From assembly GCA_964016885.1 (NCBI GenBank), contig OZ024740.1, forward strand, positions 389,050,001-389,114,000: DNA of 64,000 nt, in the 5' to 3' direction. The notes beneath the pieces were generated by a model. That model was not told where the DNA came from, did no database searches, and saw only the letters and a list, made by a program, of their open reading frames with translations. The position numbers were made by a program, and so were the translations under genes. Numbering within the stretch: the stretch's first letter is position 1; each line of letters opens with the position of its first letter. Shown piece by piece: positions 54,145-64,000 of the stretch. The stretch is from Eledone cirrhosa (taxonomy: Eukaryota).

Positions 54145-54147
<3 letters not shown>
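53612..54147. repeat. ~180 bp inverted repeat around a ~180 bp spacer (MITE/fold-back)
   Basis: 53612-53793 is the near-identical reverse complement of 53974-54147. Confidence 0.85.
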
Positions 54148-54197
<50 letters not shown>

Positions 54198-55380
54198 GAG
54201 AGAGAGAGAGAGAAGTATGGACATACATATAAGGGTGTCCATGAGTTACCGGTTTTGCTCAATTAATTAATTAAATAATCAATTAGTCAGAGTATTATAC
54301 AAAACATTTATGTAAAATCATAAATGGGGAAAGCAAACAAGATAAAGAATTACTTAATTTACTTCAAAGTCGCGACTACAGTTTCGCTGTATTAGAAGCA
54401 TCTTTGCTATTCCACAATAATTTAGAATATCATTCATCACGAGACATTCTCAATCCAAGAAAATAATTTTCAGAGGACAATTAATGGTGATAATTTCGAA
54501 GGGGAAACCTTGATGGGAAACAGAGACTGTTAGCGTAAAGATTTACATGAACAGATAAGCAGTTTCTGCAATGAAGACATGGAGATTCGATAACCGACAC
54601 CAACATACCCTACACATTTAATTATAACACTTAAACACTTATTCATCTATCTTCCTTCCTTGCTGTATCTACATGAATCTTATCAATTTTCACAGCACCC
54701 CGCTTCAAATTTAATGTTAACCGCATTTCCAATAACAGTTCTGGAGAGCTCGTAAAAACTGTAAGCTCATTCATTCTGTAGAATTAAGCAAAAGTTATTT
54801 TATATAAATCAAGACCAAGTACCTATTAGCGACAAACAACTAAAAAGATGTTATGTCTCCTATCAAAACACAACGAAATGCCACCATAGAAAGGCCACTA
54901 TCCACTTGCTAGAAATAGCACACAAATCCGATTTAAATCACATCCCACCATCTCAGATAAAGGGGTTGTAATTATGATATACTTTATATGAGTGGAATGC
55001 ATTTTTTTTTATCACTTTGTTGTGGCGAAATGCAATACTCATCTATTTCAGGAGCCTCCATGGCCAGCGGGAAGGAAAGAGAGAGAGATCCTCAAACTGG
55101 TGACCTGACCCCTATGCTTGCAACAGTATAAACTCCAATAAGCACAATTAGGAGGAGTGCATCTCGACTGAGGTGGAGGGGCTAATGCAGTAAGTGTCAC
55201 AGGCTGTTCTCCGTGGCAATGCTTTCGCCATCTTGTCGTGGAGGAGCAGCTGAGATTTACGCTTAGACAACGAGTCAGCCTCCTCACTTTTCTTCATTTT
55301 TTTCTTCCTGTTTACTATGCGAAATATGTCAATAAAATGTTTGTTTTCCAGAGTTGTCTCCCGTACGTGTCGTAAGAAAA

Positions 55381-55488
55381 TAATTGTTTCTACTTTTGGC
55401 ACAAGGCCAGCAATTATCCAGTTCATTACTGGTACTTTATTTTATCGACCCCGTAAGGATGAAAGTCAAAGTTAACCTCGACGGGATT
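55381..55488 (-). mobile_element. SINE family A, partial
   Basis: Core match. Confidence 0.85.
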
Positions 55489-56680
55489 AGTCACAAATTA
55501 ATTCATAGGGTATCTGAATAATTTGTTTTTTTTTTAAATAGGTATTTGTGATCTAAGGGAGATAACTCAGTGTTTTCATATAATTAAATTTCTTTTCTAG
55601 AATCAACGTTTGCTGTTCAAATTCAATAAATATTAATTTATTTAAAAAAAAAAAAAAAAGGAAACGACTGGTGTTTCATATTGATACTTTAATACTTTAA
55701 ACTTTATATATAATTAAATTTGCAAAGTTGAAATGTAGAAAATGGTCACGTTGAAGTTAATATATGAATTAACCATATCGCAAAGATTTCAGCAGGCTTT
55801 ATTTCCATTAGCTTTTTTTTTTTAAAGTAATGAAATATAAAATTTAGTAAGTATTTTCTCTTAAAAATACTTAATTTATTTTATTTTATTAACACTTGTA
55901 TTTAGAATTTAAAAAAAAAAAAGAGCAATAAAAATCAAATATGACATGAATACCAAACTTTTTTGTATTTTTTTCCACTTAAAATATGTGTCAATTAGTA
56001 TTTTACTTTATTAGCTTCCACACATAAATATTTATCTCTTCATGTTGATCATCTGAAGTATTCAACAGATGCAATAAAGTAGCAATTGAAAACTATGAAA
56101 ATAAAGTATTAAACCCAATTTTCCTCACCTCAAATCTCATCCCTGACAACTTGCTCAATATTTTTTCTTCTTATACAGTTGAATCAGAGGAGAAATGAGT
56201 AACTTTTTCTAACACCAGCCTTGTTTGACTGTGGGGGCAAAAATAAGAAGAAACTACGACTCATGGATTATCCTGAGATTGAAGAATTGGTCTGAATGTT
56301 TGTAACAGAATCAACTCTGCTAATAACACCCAAGGTCTAGATAGCGAAGAATATTAAATGGATAATGAATAAACATGAACATGCATTAATACACTATATC
56401 TGACAGGTTTCCACACAACTTTCACCTATCTAGTTTCACTTCAGAGCAGCCTCAAACTATGCTCTAAGTGCACTCAGTGGAATTGAACTTGGAACCAATA
56501 GATGCTAGGATGGTGACTAAATAAGAATCATTTGCACTAAAATAATTAGAATTATTGTTGATATATAATGCAGTAATAGCTAATTAAATGTGTGAAGTCT
56601 CTTGTACCTCATATATGTCATACTCCAGTATGTATGAAGAACATGCCATACACAATCAACTTATATATATATATATATAT

Positions 56681-57167
56681 AATCAGACTCTTGCCATATG
56701 CAAGGTTTTGTATCTAAGCAAAAAGAAAAAAAAATCATTATTACTAATAGTGCGGTGGATTGGCAGTATCGGTAGAGGGTCGGACACCATGCTTTGACAC
56801 ATAGAGTTACGGCCCTTGTCATTCTGAGTTCAAATCCCGCCGAGGTTAACTTTGCCTTTTATCCTTACGGGGTCGATAAAATAAAGTACCAGTAATGTAC
56901 TGGGTAATTGCAGGTCTTGTGCTAAAAGTAGAGACAATTATTACTAATAGTGCTTATCAATCATCATATCAAAATTCTCAAAATGGTCTGATTTTTTAAA
57001 AAGGTCTTTGTGAGAACAAAGAAATTATTGTTAATTAATAAATAAATTAACTAATACCTTAACCCTTCACACAAAGTAAAATATTTCGTTTTAATCATTT
57101 TCTAACCCAGAAAAAAAGAGAAAAAAAAAAAAAATGTTCTTCCTAATAATCATCTTTTTCTCCCTGT

Positions 57168-57229
<62 letters not shown>

Positions 57230-57716
57230 ACAGGGAGAAAAAGATGATTATTAGGAAGAACATTTTTTTTTTTTTTCTCTTTTTTTCTGGGTTAGAAAAT
57301 GATTAAAACGAAATATTTTACTTTGTGTGAAGGGTTAAGGTATTAGTTAATTTATTTATTAATTAACAATAATTTCTTTGTTCTCACAAAGACCTTTTTA
57401 AAAAATCAGACCATTTTGAGAATTTTGATATGATGATTGATAAGCACTATTAGTAATAATTGTCTCTACTTTTAGCACAAGACCTGCAATTACCCAGTAC
57501 ATTACTGGTACTTTATTTTATCGACCCCGTAAGGATAAAAGGCAAAGTTAACCTCGGCGGGATTTGAACTCAGAATGACAAGGGCCGTAACTCTATGTGT
57601 CAAAGCATGGTGTCCGACCCTCTACCGATACTGCCAATCCACCGCACTATTAGTAATAATGATTTTTTTTTCTTTTTGCTTAGATACAAAACCTTGCATA
57701 TGGCAAGAGTCTGATT
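56681..57716. repeat. Apparently perfect ~490 bp inverted duplication centred on (TA)n; each arm has a family A SINE (56751-56942 +, 57454-57646 -)
   Basis: aatcagactcttgcc...gttttca-(TA)n-tgaaaac...ggcaagagtctgatt. Confidence 0.9.
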
Positions 57717-58593
57717 TATGGCTTTCTGAAGGACATTAACAAAACAAGAGGTGAAATGAGTTCCACAGTGAGTGAAAACTGATAAATTTAAGTCACTAAG
57801 AACTCATATTGTGATCTACATTGTTTTGCTACTGTATACTTTGAAAATAATAATCAAAGTGTGAATAAACTAGATGAGCAGCAAAAACAAGATTCAGCAA
57901 CTGTTTTAGTTAATCAACAGTGAAATCTATGTTCCCTGTTAATAGTTTGTTTAGTTTGAAAGACAAAATAGAAAGCAGTTTCTTAATTCCTTGAGTTCTG
58001 AGAATAATCTTAATTTTTTTTTTTTTTTTTAAATATCTTTTCAAAAATCTTTATTGAAGTAATTTAGATACATAGAGAGATTTAGAACTTTTCCTCAAAA
58101 ATACTGAAAAAGAAAGCAGCATTGGAAAGGCTTATAAATGCCATAAATAAGAGGAAAAGGAGGGAAAGAGCAAGGACTAATAGGCAACGGAAGAAAGAAG
58201 TGGGATGAGGAGAGTATGACAGACTCCACACCTAGATCAGAGTGGTGTTTCAGCTGCGCTCCATAGACAGAAATACTTTCTTCTACTTTATGTGGAAATA
58301 TATTACCTCAGATTTAATTTGGGAACTCACCATAAATTCCATCCCTTCTATAATCAATTCGTTAGTGTAAGGTAAATTTCATTTGTAAGGGAAGTAGATA
58401 TAATGAGTTGTCTAGGCCACCGTGTCTTGATGGTACTTATTTTAGTGTCTTAGCTGCAGGTGTTGAATTCTTAATGCTGATGTATACCTTTCTGTATACC
58501 CTTCCACATTTTGGCTATAACCTTTGCTGAAATTTCAAAGAAGATCAACAAAATTATGAGCCACTGAATCTGACATTTTCCACAATTTTGAAT

Positions 58594-59702
58594 AAAATAC
58601 ACTGTTGCTAACAGAATACAAATCATTAATATCTTGGCTGGCTGACCTTATCAATTTCATCAAAAATTCTCTAGCTTACTGGTTTTGTAGTGTCTACCTG
58701 GCTGTAAAACAATACTATGCAAAGGTACAGGTTTTTGCTTGTAGGTATCAAGAAGACTTTATAATTGCCTTTTAACTGACAAGTGTTTCTTTACCTTCTG
58801 GAATTGATATAATCAACTGTTCCCGCTCCTTCAAAATTTCAAGTCATGTGCCTATGTTAGAAATGAGTATTTAACTAATTTGATACCAGCCCAGCCAAAA
58901 CTAACTCTCCTTCTGTGAAACATAATCACCCATTTTAATAGGTCCCTATTTGAATTGAAATTTTCCAAAATGTTTTTAGATAAGTCAAGTTACTATCTTA
59001 GTAAGTAATTAAATAATTGTTTCTACTTTTGTCACAAGGCCAGCAATTATCCCAGTGTATTACTGGTACTTTATTTTATCGACCCCGTAAGGATGAAAGG
59101 CAAAGTTAACCTCGGCGGGATTTGAACTCAATCCATAAAGGGACGTAACTGTACTGCACAGCATGGCGTCCAACCCTCTACCGATACTGCCAATCCACCG
59201 CCCTCTAAGTAAGTAATTAAATAATGCATCATTTTAGTAAATCACTCAAAAGTCTTCATTAATTAATTGAAATGAAATAAGTTCTTTAGAAATATGGTCA
59301 CGAAAGGGTTAAGATGGCTGAAACATTGCTGTGCAATGAATAAATGTAAAATTAACCTCTAACCCATTAATGACAGTGTAGATGATTGGGATGATAGAGA
59401 CTGAGACTACCAGCTGAGCAGCTGATAATTTATCCCAAAACCAGCAAGACATTGGTTGGATTAACACTGGCTGAATCCATTTAGCTCAAAGTAGGTACTG
59501 TAGGTCACTGGCTTATAGTTATTTGCATGGAATGAATACACCATGCATCCTATCCAGGCAAAAACCTGTACCTTTGCATAGTATTGTTTTACAGCCAGGT
59601 AGACACTACAAAACCAGTAAGCTAGAGAATTTTTGATGAAATTGATAAGGTCAGCCAGCCAAGATATTAATGATTTGTATTCTGTTAGCAACAGTGTATT
59701 TT
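58594..59702. repeat. ~146 bp identical inverted repeats enclosing ~815 bp, including a family A SINE (59014-59202, minus)
   Basis: 58594-58739 is the reverse complement of about 59558-59702. Confidence 0.85.
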
Positions 59703-60569
59703 CGCCATGTCAAGATAGTTCTGAAATGGCACAGCCCACCTAGCAGTAAATAGATACTGTAGAGTATCAACAATATTGCTGTAAACAGCAATAACAATAA
59801 AATTGACAAATGTTTTATTTGTTTAATTTCAAATCCCCCTACACAAGGCAGTTGAAAGAATAGTTTATACCAAAGTAAATTATAAAAGATATATTAGACA
59901 AATATCTTCTGCTCATTTATTTATAGCCTAGTCAGAGGAAGGGCTCTAGCCATGATCTTAGTAGGACCTTCAAGATTTGTGGAAGAAAAGGAACAGAAAC
60001 CATGATGCATCACAGTTTCTATCGATACGACTTTACTTACTTACATAGCATGGTCATTGGCACAAGTCATTAGCACAATGTGATAGTGCAGTGACATTGA
60101 ACCTGGAATAAAATGAATGTAAAGCAAATGTTTTAACGCCACAGCTATATCTGCATCCACAAGAGCTAAAGAGAATCACTCCCACCTAAAATGATGCCAA
60201 CAAAGGTTTGTGTGGCATTACCAGAAACACTCCCCAGTTATGGTTGAGATACATTAAATATTGAAATGGTAGGCTGGCACTTTCATCACTCAGTCAACAA
60301 CTCCTCTCGTATATTCAGAATTTATTTTGTTGATGTTGGAAGATTTTTTTTTTTTCATTTTTTTTTTAATATTTATAATCATAAATAAAATTATGAAAAC
60401 AATAATTAAAAGCAATTATAAAATTAACTATTTATGGTAATGAAAATATAATTCTGAAAAATAATATTCTATGAATTTTCATTGTTTTGTTAAGGCACAC
60501 AATATGATTGGTAACAATTGAAATGTAAGAAGCCACCATATATTAATAATAAACAAATATGTAAGATAA

Positions 60570-61245
60570 TAATGGTTTCTGAGTTAGGCACAAGGCCAGG
60601 AATGGGGGGGGGGGCTGCATTACTGGTACTTTATTTTATCAATCCCATAAGGATGAAAGGCAAAGCTAATCTCAGCAGGATATGAACTCAGGACATAACT
60701 AAATAATAATAATAATATTAACTGTTTCTACTTTTGACACAAGCCCAATAATTTGAATGGAATAGATAGGTTGATTAAATCAACCCTAGTATTTGACTGC
60801 TATTTTATTTTATCAACCCCCAGAAAGATGAAAGGCAAAGTTGATCTCATAATAATAATCTTTTCATCAGTAGTAATTGTTTCTACTTTTGGCACAAGGC
60901 CAGCAATTACCCAGTGCATTACTGGTACTTTATTTTATCGACCCCGTAAGGATGAAAGGCAAAGTTAACCTCGGCGGGATTTGAACTCAGAATGACAAGG
61001 GCTGTAACTCTATGTGTCAAAGCATGGTGTCCGACCCTCTACCGATACTGCCAATCCACTGCCCTTTTCATCAGTAATAATGATTTCTAATTTAGGCACA
61101 AAATAAGCAATTATTTTATTGACCACAGAATGGTATAAAGCAAAGTTGACTTCAGCAAGATTTGATCTCAAAATACTAAGGACCATAACAAATACTGCAA
61201 ATCATTTTTTTCTGCCACTTGCACAATTCTTCCAAATCACCACCT
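60570..61245 (-). mobile_element. Cluster of four SINE family A copies of differing age
   Basis: About 60570-60690, 60720-60845, 60874-61063 and 61080-61245. Confidence 0.85.
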
Positions 61246-61423
61246 TAATATGATGAGAAGAAGGAGGACAAAAGGGAAAAAAAGAAAAGAAAAGAAAGAA
61301 AGAAGAATGATAATGACAACGACAATGATGATGATGATGGTGGTGATGATGAAAAATGATTAATAATAACAATGATGATCAATTGAAGTAATAATCATAA
61401 TAATCATAGTAGTAATAGGATGA

Positions 61424-61593
61424 TTATTTAACACATGGATCTAAATCAGTGTTTGGATAATCGTGATAGAGAATATTAATGAGGACAGCAATCATAGTGA
61501 ATATAACATAAATGACAGCAGTAACAATTCCCAGTGTTCGTTCCCATGGTAATTCATTGATGTTCTTCATAACTGGAACACCTAACAGCAAAC
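61424..61593 (-). CDS. Terminal coding exon of a rhomboid-family intramembrane serine protease (rhomboid-4/RHBDL-like)
   Basis: Acceptor gttttctcttctcgcAG (phase 1), then GLLLGVPVMKNINELPWERTLGIVTAVIYVIFTMIAVLINILYHDYP..stop. This matches the recalled GLLVGI.VLRN....WE + last TM pattern after the catalytic AHxxG. No upstream exons were found in the window. Confidence 0.75.
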
Positions 61594-61719
61594 CTGCGAG
61601 AAGAGAAAACATAGAAATAGTAGAAATTGCAGCATTTTATTTAACTAAATCTAATTTCCTAACAAGTCCTTATTCTATTTTCAATCCTGATAGTAGCTAT
61701 TTTCACTTTTATTTACATA

Positions 61720-61950
61720 TTTCACTTTGGGAATGCTTTTGCAATCTTGTCTGCGGGGTGCATCCTAGGCCCAAAGCCCAATTATCTTCCCCCTTCCCCA
61801 TCTTCCGTGACCCTAGAGCCCTTGCCTTTCCCTTCCGTTTCGTTTTTTTAAATATTTTCTTATTTTACATCTTCTTTCTTCTTAATCTAAAAATGTTTTT
61901 TTATTTTTCTATTATAAACATCAATTTACTACTGTTAATTAAATAAATAA
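61720..61950 (+). mobile_element. CRE-clade LINE 3' end (intronic)
   Basis: GNAFAILSAG plus gtgaccctagagcccttgcctttcccttcc, shared with 17890-17920. Confidence 0.75.
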
Positions 61951-63049
61951 AAGCAAAAGAAAAAAAAATTTAACCTTTTAACATTTACATTACTCTATAT
62001 ATATACTATTATATTTTCACGATAAAGGCTTTACCTCACATATTATCAAATCTATGAGATACTGATATTATTTATTTTGATACCTTAACATCAGTATTAG
62101 TGGTCAGTTACTGCCAGTTTGAACAGAAAGGGGTGAGAGAATTCTGGCCAGAATGCTAAAGGGTTAATACTATGTATAGAATACCTAAATTATGTAAGAA
62201 AAAAAATTTATTTTCAAGCTTATTTAAATAATTATATTTTCGTGCGTGCGTGCGTGTGTGCGTTTATAAAACTACATTTCTAATGACTTTTTCAAATGTA
62301 TACACAATGATAGAGAAAATCAAATCAAAACCAGGATCAAGTCCAAATAACACCATATAGACATACACAAAATCATGTCATTTTATGTATTCTTACTTTT
62401 ATTGTATTATATATAAAGAATATAGGATTGAACAAATAAAATCAAAGTAAACAAAATAGTTCCTAAAGAACTGGAGTGGTTTCTGCAACACCCAGCTTGT
62501 TATGGTGGCTGCATAGATTATGAAAGAAAATATTGTGCAATAATAGATTAACATGACATCCTGAGTTACCCACCTCACTTCTCTAAACCACTCACTTCCT
62601 TACTCAGTTTGATCAAGATGAAAATGGCCATCTGCAAGATCGAGCCCCACCAGCTCTTTCAGTACATTGTTTCTCGCAAAGCTAGGAATTCTTTTGATTG
62701 AATCCTGTGGTTGGATTAAGAAATTATACACACATGCATGCATGTATGTGTATGTATCCCAGACCCCCTATCTTCTCCATCTATCTATATATATATATAT
62801 GTATATACATCTTCAACACAACAGACCAGTTTGAAAATCACACTGAATGCAAGAAAGTTCTACAGACAGTTAACAAGGACTTACTAGAATTAATATCCAT
62901 AAAGACTTAAATTATAGGGAAAATCGGACGTAAAATGATGATGATGAAAAAACATGAACCACCAGAAGTCATTCTTCCCCTTTTCTTCAAATTTATATAT
63001 ATATAGTAATAATAATAAATGTGAAGATAATAATATTAATAATAAATTG

Positions 63050-63403
63050 GCCTTGCAATCGAAAGGTTGTGAGTTCAATTCTCAGACCGGGTGATGCATT
63101 GTTTCCTTGAGCAAGACAATTTATTTCACATTGCTTCAGTTTACTCAGGTGTAGAAATGAGATGATAGGACTGGGGTCCCTATCATTCCACTGCAAAGTG
63201 GTCGTGGAGGTGCCACGGCAAAAAAGCATCCAGCCCACACTGTAAATTGGACGTGTAGGTGCCACGGAAAAAAAGCACCCAGCACTCACTGTAAATGAGA
63301 TTGGTGATAGGAAGGGCATCCAGCTGTAGAAATCAAGTCCGAATCAGTTCCCGTCCCACCCTTGCAAGCAGGGGAAAGCGGCGTAAAATGATGATGATGA
63401 TGT
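63050..63403 (+). mobile_element. tRNA-derived SINE (family B-related head) with (GAT)n tail
   Basis: gagttcaattc B box, ccttgagcaagaca, aggaagggcatccagctgtagaaa, tgatgatgatg. Confidence 0.75.
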
Positions 63404-64000
63404 GAAGACTAAAATCCAAAGATTATATATATATATATGTCCCAAGGCTCTGATACCATCACCACCATAAACACAGAGCTGGCATATCTAAGAACTGACT
63501 AACTGACTGATGAGGTCATAGCCATTCAATGGCTATCATCGAAATATATATAGCAGTAAATAAAGGATTATGAATTCATGCAATTGACTTATGTTTCGTC
63601 ACTATATATATATATATATATATATAGATATGATGGAATATATATATAGATATATAGAGATATAGATATAGATATATAGATATAGATATAGATATATATA
63701 GATATATATAGAGAGAGAGATGTATGTACGGGTGTCTGTGTGTATGGTTGTATATGGGTGTATAGATATGTATATATGTATATATTAACATATCTGTGTA
63801 TATATGCTTGTATTGAATGTGTGTTCATACATATATATATTTATATATGGGGCAGTACATAAGTGGGTATATGTATGGATTTATTTATAAAAGTTTAGGT
63901 GTGTATATGTATGTGCGTGTATATATATGTCTCATTGTGCTGGATGTTTTGAGTTAATAGGGTTGTATTCAAATGTATACTTAGGTATATTTATCATGAA

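Noticed and set aside
56179-56295. Plus-strand acceptor ttttttcttcttatacag followed by KKKLRLMDYPEIEELV
   Set aside because: All frames stop soon after the acceptor. At best a decayed pogo/Tigger-like remnant.

Overview
AT-rich, microsatellite-saturated eukaryotic DNA. The dominant tRNA-derived SINE and its tails resemble, from recall, octopus/coleoid OK/OR SINEs, so the taxon is an inference. Almost all of the window is transposon debris: at least seven decayed Penelope-like elements (PLEs; RT and/or GIY-YIG), one R4/Dong-type LINE, CRE and RTE fragments, two inverted Tc1/mariner fragments, about 25 SINE copies and a Helitron-like 3' end. The only convincing host coding sequence is the terminal exon of a rhomboid-family protease (61424-61593, minus). 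The most striking unannotated signal is a dense set of type I hammerhead ribozyme (HHR) motifs, roughly a dozen from several sequence families, some with intact cores. Many sit in 0.2-0.5 kb non-coding fold-back elements embedded in (TA)n tracts. Three independent copies of one family fold back at nearly the same point, inside hammerhead stem II. Coordinates were read by eye and may be off by a few bases, and no folding or database searches were run.
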